A stretch of 64,000 nt of DNA from Rhodothermaceae bacterium (lineage in GTDB: Bacteria > Bacteroidota > Rhodothermia > Rhodothermales > JAHQVL01): contig JAHQVL010000167.1 of the NCBI GenBank assembly GCA_019634345.1, forward strand, positions 24,992-88,991, written 5' to 3'. The position numbers and the translations under genes were made by a program. Below the pieces are notes generated by a model, which worked only from the letters and a program-made list of their open reading frames with translations, ran no database searches and had not been told where the DNA came from. Position 1 is the stretch's first letter. Each line of letters starts with the position of its first letter. This document shows positions 48,287 through 57,694 of the stretch, piece by piece.

Positions 48287-48320
48287 AAAAAGGCACTGCC
48301 AGCCGGCAGTGCCTTTTTTT
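48287..48320 (+). terminator. Rho-independent terminator of hsp20
   Basis: ggcactgcc agcc ggcagtgcc followed by T7. Confidence 0.9.
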
Positions 48321-48369
48321 GTTTGGCATTTTCCTCATCGTTAAGGCCTGGTCTCTTTGCAGCCTACCA

Positions 48370-48680
48370 AAGGAACAGGTCCCAAAGGCCCAGTCACCAC
48401 CCACTTTGTGCAAGGAAGCGTTCCCAAAGGCCCGATCCCCCCTTCGTTGCGGAAGGAAGCGTTCCCAAAGGCACAGTCACTCGGCTTCCAACGTAAGGAA
48501 GCGTTCCCAAAGGCCCAATCTCCCCTTCGCTGCAGAAGGAAGCGTTCCCAAAGGCATGGCCGCCCTGCCTTCTTCATAAAGAAGCGTTCCGAAAGGCCCG
48601 GTCACCGTTTCCCCTACCGAAAGAACTGTTCTCAAGGGCCCCGTCATTCCCTGCCTTTCCGACAGAAGCGTTCTTAAGAT
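48370..48680 (+). repeat. Array of eight 41/42-bp tandem repeats with conserved 20-nt core AAGGAAGCGTTCCCAAAGGC; a ninth degenerate copy may end at 48347
   Basis: The CCCAAAGGC block occurs at 48381, 48423, 48464, 48506 and 48547, with degenerate copies at 48589, 48631 and 48673. Spacings are 42, 41, 42, 41, 42, 42, 42. Confidence 0.9.
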
Positions 48681-48812
48681 TCAGTTTTTTTGCCACGGAC
48701 GTTAAGCATTGTTCTGTAAGAAAAAGATGATGTTAAATGTCGACACATTCTGGCCTTTTTCGAATTAATCACCCACATTAAAGGGATAGTTACATTGATT
48801 TATTCTGTTCTC

Positions 48813-50351
48813 ATGAAAAGCGTATCCTTGTTACTTGCCTGCATCCTGTACAGCAGTATCACCTCTCTAAGCATTGCTCAACATAATGCTGTTGATGCAG
48901 CTCAAGCATATAGAGAGGCAAATGGCCCCAAAATTATTCGTGATTTTGCTACGCTGCTTTCACTTCCCAATGTAGCGTCCGATTCTGCAGGGATTCATAA
49001 AAATGCAGAATACATCAGTGACCAATACCGGATGCGAAACATCCAAATGGAGTTGCTCAAAGTACCAGGTGCCCCACCGATAATTTATGGTAGGATAGAT
49101 GTACCTGGTGCAACACGGACACTGGGCATTTACGTTCACTACGACGGGCAGCCTGTTGACCCATCTCGATGGACCCATCCTCCATTCGAGCCTGTGCTTT
49201 ATTCGGCTCCTATTCCTGCAGGTGGAAACCCTCTTGAGATGCCAGCTGATGCGGACAGAATAGATCCTGAATGGCGATTGTATGGCCGTTCTGCCGGAGA
49301 TGACAAGGCTCCTATTGTGGCCCATTTAGCCGTCCTAGATGCGTTCGCTGCGTCGAATATTCCCCTGACCTCCAATATTGTGTTCTTTTTCGACGGTGAA
49401 GAAGAAGCCGGTTCACCACGCCTTGGGGACTACATAGAAACCTTCAAGCACAAAATTGACGACATAGATTTATGGATTTTCTCAGATGGCCCTGTCCACC
49501 AAAGCAGGAAACCACAACTGGTATTCGGGGTACGGGGCGTGACCGGCATGGAGTTGACGGTATATGGTGCAAATCGCTCCCTTCACAGCGGCCACTATGG
49601 AAACTGGTCTCCTGTTCCTGGCACCCTGTTGGCTAATCTGCTTGCAAGCATGAAGGATGCAACGGGAAAAGTGCTCATTGAAGGATTTTATGATACCGTT
49701 GAGCCCCTAGGAGATGAAGAGCGTGAAGCACTAGCCGCTCTACCTGATGTTGATCCATTCCTCCGAGAAAGTTTTGGACTCGTCCAATCTGAAGAGGGAA
49801 ATGCACCTATTGGAGAGCGATTGTTAATGCCGAGCCTGACTGTTCGCGGGTTATCTAGTGGAAATGTTGGTGAACTGGCACGCAATGTTATTCCATCTAC
49901 TGCCACGGCTTCGCTCGGTATTCGCCTGGTTAAGGGTAATGACCCAGAACACATGAAAGATCTCGTTGAGCAACATATCAGAGACCAGGGCTACCACATT
50001 GTCAGAGAAGATCCTGATCTCAATACTCGCTTACGGTACGCCCGAATAGTAAAGATAACACGGGGTGGTGGTTACCCAGCAGCTAGAACGGACATGAATC
50101 TACCTCTCGCACAGCAAATCTTTAAAGCCGTTCAGGTTGCCTCTGGCGATCAAGCCTTGCGAGTCCCCTCTCTTGGAGGCTCTCTCCCCCTTTACCTCTT
50201 CACAGATATCCTTCAGAAACCCGTGGTGATAGTCCCTATCGCAAATCATGACAACAACCAACACGCACCGGACGAAAACCTGCGCCTCGCAAATCTCTGG
50301 TATGGAATTGATTTATACGCTGCTTTATTTACGATGCCGCCTGAAGACTAG
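48813..50351 (+). CDS. M20/M25/M40 family metallopeptidase (dipeptidase-like), secreted
   Basis: ATG at 48813 gives the signal peptide MKSVSLLLACILYSSITSLSIAQ. Motifs HYDGQPVD, GRSAGDDKAPIV, FDGEEEAGSP. Confidence 0.85.
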   Translation: MKSVSLLLACILYSSITSLSIAQHNAVDAAQAYREANGPKIIRDFATLLSLPNVASDSAGIHKNAEYISDQYRMRNIQMELLKVPGAPPIIYGRIDVPGATRTLGIYVHYDGQPVDPSRWTHPPFEPVLYSAPIPAGGNPLEMPADADRIDPEWRLYGRSAGDDKAPIVAHLAVLDAFAASNIPLTSNIVFFFDGEEEAGSPRLGDYIETFKHKIDDIDLWIFSDGPVHQSRKPQLVFGVRGVTGMELTVYGANRSLHSGHYGNWSPVPGTLLANLLASMKDATGKVLIEGFYDTVEPLGDEEREALAALPDVDPFLRESFGLVQSEEGNAPIGERLLMPSLTVRGLSSGNVGELARNVIPSTATASLGIRLVKGNDPEHMKDLVEQHIRDQGYHIVREDPDLNTRLRYARIVKITRGGGYPAARTDMNLPLAQQIFKAVQVASGDQALRVPSLGGSLPLYLFTDILQKPVVIVPIANHDNNQHAPDENLRLANLWYGIDLYAALFTMPPED

Positions 50352-50361
50352 GGTGTGCGAC

Positions 50362-51927
50362 TCATACAACGGCATTCAACTCTGCCATATTATAGGGCAA
50401 AGTGAGGATGAACGTACTGCCTTTTCCTAGCTCACTCTGTGCTTCGAGTGTACCGCCGTGCGCTCTTGCGATCGCCCAACTGATAGGAAGCCCTAAACCG
50501 GTTCCTCTTCGGCGGCGCGTTCGTGGTCCAGATCCGCTATAATAGCGATCAAAGATATGCTTTAGGTCTTCCTGGCCTATTCCACAGCCAGTATCTGACA
50601 CCAAGATCTGAATTCCAAGTTCAGTTACCGCCGCCTTCAATTCTATCGTCCCCTCAGAAGGTGTATGATTGCGGGCATTTGACAGAAGATTATCCAGTAC
50701 CCGAAGCAACCTAACTCCATCTCCTTGAATCATAGGCAATGAGGATGGGAGATTTAGGTGAAAGGCGATCTCTTCTTTCTTCATCGAGGGCCGGTGGGTA
50801 TTTGCTGCATCGGTCAGCAACTCGGCAAGCGGGATAGGTTCTTTACGAATGGGGGCATTTGCGTTATCCAATAAACTGAGTTCAAACAAATCCCCAATTA
50901 GTTTCTGCAAATACTTCCCCTGCCTCTCCGCAGTAATCAATGAAGTCGTAGCCGAATCTCTATTCCCGCTATCTAGATAGCGGTTTGTTTCTTCGATATA
51001 CCCAAGCAGAGCAGCAAGCGGCGTTCGAAGATCATGACCGAAATTCGCAATCATTTGCCGCCTGAGTTTATCCGTCTGCCTGAGAGCTTCTACGCTATGT
51101 TCTACCTCTCCTGCCATATGATTAATAGCAGCAGCCAGGCGGCCGATTTCATCTTCGGATTTCGTTTCTACGCGTGCAGAATAATCCCCTCCCCCAATAC
51201 TTTCTACCTGTTGCATGATATCTCGCAAGGGCTTCACAATGCGCCACGTAAAATAAGCGCCTAAGAGTACGGCAGTAAATAGAGACAACGCAATAACTAC
51301 CAGCACCGCATACCGGAAGCGCTCGTTGGTTGTTGAGAGCTCCAGGTTAATCTTATTCGTCAGTGGCTGCACGAGCAATCCGCCTACAAGTCGGTTTGCA
51401 GCATCATATATAGGTGCAACGGCCCAGGTGGTCTCATTCGACACGTTTTTTGGAGACAGCTCGACCTCAATATCCCCCGCCTGCAGCTTGTCTAGCATAC
51501 CATCTACTTCAACAACAAGTGGAGCAGGCTTTAGCTTCCAGCTCCATGCCTGCTTATTCGGTTGAATGGTTCGGATCACATCGCCATTTGCATCCAGCAA
51601 TGTGATCGGATCCGGAAAGTAGGTGGTTAGATCAACGACGTAAAATTCAGGCAAATCATACAGGGTTTCAACCTTATTAGGCCCTGATCCAGGGGTAAAT
51701 ACCCGTTGCTCTAGCTCCCCTGCGATGGTATTTAACTCTGCATAAATCGTTTTTTGGATGAGTGTTAGGCTGCGGTCATACGATAGCCACGCGCTAAGGG
51801 CTACTGCTAGTAACCCATTAACAGCCTGTACTCCAACCAATATACCAGCTACTTTCCAGAATGCAGATCCGGAAAGACTGAACCACGGAGCAGTTGTGGT
51901 TTCTGTCCCGTATTCTTCTTGATTCAT
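50362..51927 (-). CDS. Sensor histidine kinase (HAMP, HisKA, HATPase)
   Basis: H-box IANFGHDLRTPLAAL and GTGLGLPISWAI. Overlaps the upstream response regulator by 4 nt. Confidence 0.9.
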   Translation of the reverse strand: MNQEEYGTETTTAPWFSLSGSAFWKVAGILVGVQAVNGLLAVALSAWLSYDRSLTLIQKTIYAELNTIAGELEQRVFTPGSGPNKVETLYDLPEFYVVDLTTYFPDPITLLDANGDVIRTIQPNKQAWSWKLKPAPLVVEVDGMLDKLQAGDIEVELSPKNVSNETTWAVAPIYDAANRLVGGLLVQPLTNKINLELSTTNERFRYAVLVVIALSLFTAVLLGAYFTWRIVKPLRDIMQQVESIGGGDYSARVETKSEDEIGRLAAAINHMAGEVEHSVEALRQTDKLRRQMIANFGHDLRTPLAALLGYIEETNRYLDSGNRDSATTSLITAERQGKYLQKLIGDLFELSLLDNANAPIRKEPIPLAELLTDAANTHRPSMKKEEIAFHLNLPSSLPMIQGDGVRLLRVLDNLLSNARNHTPSEGTIELKAAVTELGIQILVSDTGCGIGQEDLKHIFDRYYSGSGPRTRRRRGTGLGLPISWAIARAHGGTLEAQSELGKGSTFILTLPYNMAELNAVV

Positions 51928-52649
51928 GCTTCTGTTTCAGCCTGAAACTTATAGCCTACGCCCCAAACGGTTCGAATGAATCGAGGATTACCAGCATCGT
52001 CTTCTATCTTCGCGCGCAAGCGTTGGACATGAGAGTCGACTGTTCTGTCGTACCCTTCATATTGAATCTCCCAGACCTTTCCTAGAAGTTGTGTTCTGGT
52101 AAACGGGCGGTCGGCATTTCGAGCGAGGAAAAGCAACAGATCAAACTCGCGTACGGTGAGGCGAATCAGATCACTTTGCCGACGTACTTCACGCCTGAGG
52201 GGGTCGATGTATAGATCATCAAAAACAAGGACGGCCTCCTCATCTTCATCTTCCGAAGCAGGTTTTTGCTCTTCGGTGAGCCTCAATCTTCGCAGTGCAG
52301 AACGAACTCTAGCAACCAATTCCTGCAAACTAAATGGCTTCGTAACATAATCGTCCGCACCTACTTCCAGCCCTACAACACGATCGAGTTCGTCAGAACG
52401 TGCGGTAAGCATGATAATATATAGTAATGGGTGTTTGGCTCTCAGGCGCCGGCATACTTCCAATCCGTCTAATTCCGGGAGCATCACATCCAACAACACT
52501 AAATCAGGGACTTGCTCTTCTACACGCTCTAGAGCTTGGGTACCCGTTTCAGCAGTGCGCACATTATAACCAGATTCTTTTAATCTTCCTTCCACCAGCG
52601 CACGAAGCTCGGCATCGTCCTCCACAAGCATAATTCGGGGTTCTTGCAT
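51924..52649 (-). CDS. OmpR/PhoB-family response regulator
   Basis: IMLVEDDAEL...LVLLDVMLPELDG. C-terminal winged helix ending GYKF. Confidence 0.9.
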   Translation of the reverse strand: MQEPRIMLVEDDAELRALVEGRLKESGYNVRTAETGTQALERVEEQVPDLVLLDVMLPELDGLEVCRRLRAKHPLLYIIMLTARSDELDRVVGLEVGADDYVTKPFSLQELVARVRSALRRLRLTEEQKPASEDEDEEAVLVFDDLYIDPLRREVRRQSDLIRLTVREFDLLLFLARNADRPFTRTQLLGKVWEIQYEGYDRTVDSHVQRLRAKIEDDAGNPRFIRTVWGVGYKFQAETEA

Positions 52650-52874
52650 AATTAAACCTGATAATCAATCTATTTCTAATTTTAAAAGTGTCAATTCAAC
52701 GGATATGAACAGTGTTTGTTGTATTCCACCAGCGATTAGCGATGTCACAATATAATGGTCAGTTCGTCACAGAGCACGCCATCGGGAAAAAACCGAATAA
52801 CTGTGATAATTCCGTGACACCTAACGGGCTTAACAATTCATATCATCTGCAGATAAGAATTACTAAAATAGTCC

Positions 52875-53645
52875 ATGATGAAACGCCTCTCTATATTGAT
52901 AACCCTCGGCTTGCTGCTGTGCGCTACTCCTCCTGCACAGTCTCAGCAACGTAGGTCTAATCAAATGATAGCCGAGGCACGTTCATCGAACCGTACGACT
53001 GATGCCCGCGTCCTTTTCAATGCATGGCGTGCGCTTCAACGGCAAAATAGCCGTAATGTGCAGCGCATCTCACTGGTCGAAAGACTTAACTCCCGATTTG
53101 AAGGACCGGTAGGCACATGGCGTTCTACGGTTGATATGAGTGTGTCCGGATATTTAACAAGCAACAATTGGCAGAACAGCGTAACCCGAATTTTGGATGA
53201 GGGCAGATCCGTTCCTCGCAATGAGTGGAATACTATAGCCATAGAATGGCGCTCATTACTAGGCGAATTTGCTCCTCTTATAGAAGATCCTGCATTTCCA
53301 TTACAGCTTTTTGAAAATATGACTCCATCTGGAAAAGCAAGAGCTGAAAGGATTGATGGAGAACCACACTGGCGTATAGAAATGGTACCAAGCCGTGGTG
53401 GTGGTCCTTATCAACGCGTGACTCTATGGGTCCATCAAGAAGTAGGTTACTTAAGCCGTTCGCGAGCAGTCGCAACCTATAACCGTTCGTCCATTGACGT
53501 AATTACTGACTATAAGCGCCTAAACGGCATAGACGTTCCCTTTCGGCGATATTTTGAAGGTAAAGTACAACAACGACGACGTACAAGGGTTAGCACGCTG
53601 TTTTTCGCAGTACAAGGAGATTATACAAATTACCTGTTTAGATAG
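52875..53645 (+). CDS. Secreted hypothetical protein, possibly LolA-like fold
   Basis: Signal peptide MMKRLSILITLGLLLCATPPAQSQ. Only weak resemblance to lipoprotein-sorting-like proteins. Confidence 0.5.
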   Translation: MMKRLSILITLGLLLCATPPAQSQQRRSNQMIAEARSSNRTTDARVLFNAWRALQRQNSRNVQRISLVERLNSRFEGPVGTWRSTVDMSVSGYLTSNNWQNSVTRILDEGRSVPRNEWNTIAIEWRSLLGEFAPLIEDPAFPLQLFENMTPSGKARAERIDGEPHWRIEMVPSRGGGPYQRVTLWVHQEVGYLSRSRAVATYNRSSIDVITDYKRLNGIDVPFRRYFEGKVQQRRRTRVSTLFFAVQGDYTNYLFR

Positions 53646-53725
53646 TCTCAGGTACACACGGTTTTATTTCTCACATCTCTTTGCCCACTGGAATCCCAGG
53701 GGGGCCTTATGCGTATCCGGCCCCT

Positions 53726-54364
53726 ATGAAACCGACATCTTTTGAATTCCAGATTGATTCGCTTCGTAGCAGGTTGCAAAAAGAGCTTCCGGGTCTGAAA
53801 GCTCATCTAACAATGGCTCCTGGCCTCAGGAAAAGCCCTGATATACTCAGCATATCTAAAAAACCGTGTAGAACTGCAGCCGTCCTGGCCGTTTTGTATC
53901 CACATCAAGATTCTTCTGTCGGAATTTTACTCACAAAGCGAAGAGAGGACCTGCAAGAGCATGCAGGGCAGATCTCATTTCCGGGGGGGCGTCAAGAACA
54001 AGGAGAATCCCTTCAGCAAGCCGCACTCAGAGAAACTGAAGAAGAAATTGGCCTGCCACCAGAAAACATTAGCATCATAGGTGAACTCAGTCCTATATAT
54101 ATAGATGTCTCTAATTTCTGCGTTCATCCATTCGTCGGCTTTTTGAATCACCCTCCTTCCTCGTTCACCATTCAAGAAGAAGAAGTGCAGAAAGTATTAG
54201 AACTTTCCATAACAGAACTGACATCACCCGAAAATAAACGCAGCGAAAATAGAGTACTGAGGGGATACACCGTTGATGTGCCTTTCTTTTATGTGAGCCA
54301 GGAAATTGTATGGGGTGCTACTGCAATGATTCTCGCAGAGTTACTTATGGTGCTGGAAGGGTAA
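53726..54364 (+). CDS. NUDIX hydrolase, CoA pyrophosphatase-like
   Basis: Nudix box GGRQEQGESLQQAALRETEEEIGL. ATG at 53726 preferred over the upstream TTG. Confidence 0.8.
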   Translation: MKPTSFEFQIDSLRSRLQKELPGLKAHLTMAPGLRKSPDILSISKKPCRTAAVLAVLYPHQDSSVGILLTKRREDLQEHAGQISFPGGRQEQGESLQQAALRETEEEIGLPPENISIIGELSPIYIDVSNFCVHPFVGFLNHPPSSFTIQEEEVQKVLELSITELTSPENKRSENRVLRGYTVDVPFFYVSQEIVWGATAMILAELLMVLEG

Positions 54365-54370
54365 GTCAAC

Positions 54371-54396
54371 CACATAAATTCTGGCGAATTTATGTG
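54371..54396. terminator. Hairpin between the convergent NUDIX and sufE genes
   Basis: Perfect 10-bp stem cacataaatt / aatttatgtg with a 6-nt loop. Overlaps the sufE stop codon. Confidence 0.6.
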
Positions 54397-54803
54397 ATTC
54401 TATTTAGCTGATCTGTTAGTTTTTTATAGATGGCTGATAATCCTCTCCTCCTCTGCATCCCAAGCAGGCCCTCGATCTGAAGAGCGGCGAGCATGTTCTC
54501 AGGTACCTCCTCATCAACAGGCACCCCCTTCCCATCAAACAGCAGCTTTATCAATGTGGCGAACCCTCGCGCAATGGCTGCTTCTGCTGGTGCGTCGACC
54601 TCAATATGGATTGCGGTGTCATTAATCTCAGCTAAGAAAAAAACGGGAGACTGGCATTCGTGGACAATAAATGCCCCTGAGTCCCGGAGTTTAGCATAGT
54701 CCTCAGGCAACGGAGCAAGCCGTTTACCATAATCCATGAGTAGCTCAAGCCGCTCTTCGGGACCAGAAAAGTCGAACAACTCAAGTGTAGTTTGTAAATC
54801 CAA
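54390..54803 (-). CDS. sufE: SufE-family sulfur acceptor protein
   Basis: TTG start. ERLELLMDYGKRL and the active-site Cys context HECQSPVFF. Confidence 0.8.
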   Translation of the reverse strand: MDLQTTLELFDFSGPEERLELLMDYGKRLAPLPEDYAKLRDSGAFIVHECQSPVFFLAEINDTAIHIEVDAPAEAAIARGFATLIKLLFDGKGVPVDEEVPENMLAALQIEGLLGMQRRRGLSAIYKKLTDQLNRIT

Positions 54804-55110
54804 GCGTATAGGGTGTTTGGTGAATATGAATCGCCTGCCAAGAACTAAGAAAAGTAAACGAATTTAGAAAGTGAAGTAAAAAAACGAACAGAGTTAAGCG
54901 TATCATTCATGCTCCAGAATTTACCTACCTCTTTACCCATGAGTTAATTTACGGTTTGCTTTAATACCTACAATTAACGCCGATATTCATAATTAAATTA
55001 TAGATATCGTTCAACGTATATCTCAGCGAACAGCCGGCTCAGAATCCAAGCAGGAGCATGCCCTTCAAATAGTTTTTTTCGTTTGCAGAGATCTCTCAAA
55101 AAAATTACGA

Positions 55111-56961
55111 ATGACCATAGTGTCCGACAAACAGCATGCGCGTACCTTTCAATATTGGTACAACCCTCAAGATCCACCTGATTACAAACCGCTAGAATCC
55201 TATGGTGTTATAGGAGATAGCCGTACATCTGTGCTTATTGGAGCAGATGGATCCATAGACTGGGCTTGCCTGCCCGATTTCGATAGCCCTTCAGTTTTTG
55301 GTGCTCTTCTAGACCCCAAAGCAGGACGCTTTATTGTTCGGCCCCTCGCTCCCTATACAACATGGCAGCGATACGAACGCGGTACGAATGTGCTAGTTAC
55401 CGAGTTTAGCACGACAGAAGGCACTGTCCGAGTTCGTGACTTTATGCCCTACTTAGCCCATCGCAAAACACCTACGGCAGAGATTTACAGGCGGATTGAA
55501 GGTATCCGGGGAAAAGTAAGTATGGAGGTTGTCTTTGAGCCTCGCTTTGACTACGGATTACACGAACCCACTATAGAAATACACCATAATGGAGTGCGAG
55601 CGGTTTCGTCAAATGGGCAGTCGCTGGTGCTTTCGACTGAGATCCCCATGACGAATGGGAATAACTGGGCGCGTGGCGAGTTTTCCGTCCAGGCAGGGCA
55701 AGAAGCATATATCGTAGCTGACTGGGGAGCACACACTGTGCATCCCGTTGCGAGCTACCAGTGCGACCGACGGCTCTGGCAAGTACGTACCTTCTGGAGA
55801 AGCTGGCTAGATCGCCTGAGTTATCATGGCCGCTATAGAGATGTGGTTGAGCGTTCTTTGCTTGCCTTAAAGTTGTTGATATATGAGCCTACCGGTGCTA
55901 TTGTGGCAGCACCAACGACGTCTTTGCCAGAATGGTTGGGCGGGTCCAGAAACTGGGACTATCGATACTCATGGGTCCGCGATTCTGCGTTCATTTTGCG
56001 CGCGCTGTTTGAGGCGCAATATATCGAGGAAGGCACTGCCTACTTTGATTGGATCCTGGGCAAGGCTCTTGAAGGCGGACCGATGAAAGTCATGTACAGT
56101 ATTCATGGCGACGGCCATCTGCCGGAAAGAGAATTGCCTTTGCGTGGATACTACGACTCTCGGCCCGTCCGTGTCGGCAACGGAGCGGTAGACCAGTTCC
56201 AGCTTGACATCTACGGAAGCCTTCTTGATGCCGCACTTCGCTACGACAGGCAGGGTGGATTGTTGACCATTACAGAATGGGAAAAGCTCTGTGCGTTGAC
56301 GGAACAGGTCTATCAAAACTGGGATAGCCCTGATGCTGGAATATGGGAGGCTCGTAATGAACCTCGACACTATACGTATTCTAAAATTTGGGCATGGGTC
56401 GCCCTTACAAGAGCTGCTAAGTTGGCCCGTCATTTCGACGCAACGGCCCCCATCGAAAAGTGGGAAAAAGAAGCGGCAAAAATACAAGCAGAGGTATTCG
56501 AAAAAGCCTGGAATCCTAATCTTGGTGCTTTCACCCAATCGTACGGAAATCCAGAGCTCGATGCAGCCGTTCTGGTCATGCCAACGGTCGGTTTTATTCA
56601 GGCCAAGGATCCCCGATTTCAAAGCACGATGAATGCATGTTTCAAACAACTGGGCGCTGGCTCCCATCCGCTGCTGTATCGATACAAAAACGATGATGGA
56701 GTTGGAGGCCCTGAAGGCGCTTTCTTGTTGCCTTCTTTCTGGGCAGTAGAAGCCATGGCTTTATCTGGGGATTTAAGTGGCGCCCGTGCAGCACTGTCTT
56801 CCCTCATGGAGCACCTGAACCCTCTTGGCCTTTATTCTGAGGAAGTACATCCAGACACTAACATTCTCCTGGGTAATTTCCCTCAAGGCTTTAGCCACCT
56901 TGGGCTTGTCAATGCAATATTTAGAATCGAAGGAGCTAAGCGAATGCAAGACGGGTGGTAA
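55111..56961 (+). CDS. Glycoside hydrolase family 15 protein (glucoamylase/trehalase-like)
   Basis: GH15 signatures NWDYRYSWVRDSAF and GIWEARNEPRHYTYSK. Confidence 0.9.
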   Translation: MTIVSDKQHARTFQYWYNPQDPPDYKPLESYGVIGDSRTSVLIGADGSIDWACLPDFDSPSVFGALLDPKAGRFIVRPLAPYTTWQRYERGTNVLVTEFSTTEGTVRVRDFMPYLAHRKTPTAEIYRRIEGIRGKVSMEVVFEPRFDYGLHEPTIEIHHNGVRAVSSNGQSLVLSTEIPMTNGNNWARGEFSVQAGQEAYIVADWGAHTVHPVASYQCDRRLWQVRTFWRSWLDRLSYHGRYRDVVERSLLALKLLIYEPTGAIVAAPTTSLPEWLGGSRNWDYRYSWVRDSAFILRALFEAQYIEEGTAYFDWILGKALEGGPMKVMYSIHGDGHLPERELPLRGYYDSRPVRVGNGAVDQFQLDIYGSLLDAALRYDRQGGLLTITEWEKLCALTEQVYQNWDSPDAGIWEARNEPRHYTYSKIWAWVALTRAAKLARHFDATAPIEKWEKEAAKIQAEVFEKAWNPNLGAFTQSYGNPELDAAVLVMPTVGFIQAKDPRFQSTMNACFKQLGAGSHPLLYRYKNDDGVGGPEGAFLLPSFWAVEAMALSGDLSGARAALSSLMEHLNPLGLYSEEVHPDTNILLGNFPQGFSHLGLVNAIFRIEGAKRMQDGW

Positions 56962-56962
56962 A

Positions 56963-57694
56963 CTACACGGTAGTGTACCGCTGGAGATAGGCAACTACTG
57001 ATGAAACATCAGGTAACCTGTATTTCGCACAAGTTTGGCCGGCACCAACCTTGACAGTGACAGCCTGTGCCCCCCTTATCGAGTGTAAGGTCTGGAACGC
57101 AGCCTCATCGGTTGTATCATCGCCGATATATAGAGGTTGGTGATCAGGAAAACGAGCCAACAACTCTTCGATGGCGCTCCCTTTGCTAACGCCTTTAGGC
57201 TTTAACTCGACTACTTTTTTTCCCCAGATTGCGTCAAGAGATGCAGGTAAGTGATCTAACCAATCTTTCAGTGCATCAATTACAACGTCCTCCTGTTCCG
57301 CGCCTCTATAATGAACCGCAAACGTATATTCTTTGTCCTCAATGCGGGCTTCTTTAATGCCTGGGAGTAAATGCTTCATGTGCATGATTTCCTCTTGCAC
57401 ACTCTCAGAAACAGCAGCAACCGCTTTCTGCCCTACCACTCCCCTCTGGAGGCCGTGCAATCCGATAGCATCGAGCTGAACATCTAATAATACGGCCAGA
57501 TCGTTGAGATGTCTACCAGTGACAATCCACACGGGATGATGGCGCTTAAGAGTATTCAGCAAGGGCACTACCGCTTCATGAGGAAAGGCCTGCATAGGAT
57601 CTTGCTTGATCGGCGCGAGGGTACCATCATAATCCAGAAGAAAGAGGGGCGTATCCAATACAGGCAACCCGGCTGCAGATCGTTGTGTGCTCAT
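56963..57694 (-). CDS. otsB: Trehalose-6-phosphate phosphatase
   Basis: HAD motif LLDYDGTLAP. ATG at 57694 forms an ATGA overlap with the otsA stop. Confidence 0.85.
   Translation of the reverse strand: MSTQRSAAGLPVLDTPLFLLDYDGTLAPIKQDPMQAFPHEAVVPLLNTLKRHHPVWIVTGRHLNDLAVLLDVQLDAIGLHGLQRGVVGQKAVAAVSESVQEEIMHMKHLLPGIKEARIEDKEYTFAVHYRGAEQEDVVIDALKDWLDHLPASLDAIWGKKVVELKPKGVSKGSAIEELLARFPDHQPLYIGDDTTDEAAFQTLHSIRGAQAVTVKVGAGQTCAKYRLPDVSSVVAYLQRYTTV

Noticed and set aside
48319-48677. Two plus-strand ORFs (86 and 106 aa) and one minus-strand ORF (78 aa) covering the 42-bp repeat array; also the idea that the array is a CRISPR
   Set aside because: The repeat period alternates between 41 and 42 nt, so successive copies fall in different frames and give three different peptide readings of the same core. 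The repeats are about 20 nt and the spacers about 22 nt, both below CRISPR ranges. The spacers resemble each other, and the window has no cas genes.
55969-56667. 232-aa minus-strand ORF inside the GH15 gene
   Set aside because: It is antisense to a gene with strong GH15 motifs and has no recognisable motifs of its own. The same reasoning applies to other long antisense ORFs, for example 8025-8471, 28015-28401, 29303-29689, 33147-33623 and 45289-45714.
57122-57129. GCCGATAT (sigma-D/sigma-28 -10 consensus) on the plus strand inside otsB
   Set aside because: There is no TAAA-like -35 at 15 nt, and it lies inside a coding region on the antisense strand. About two such octamers are expected by chance in a window of this size.
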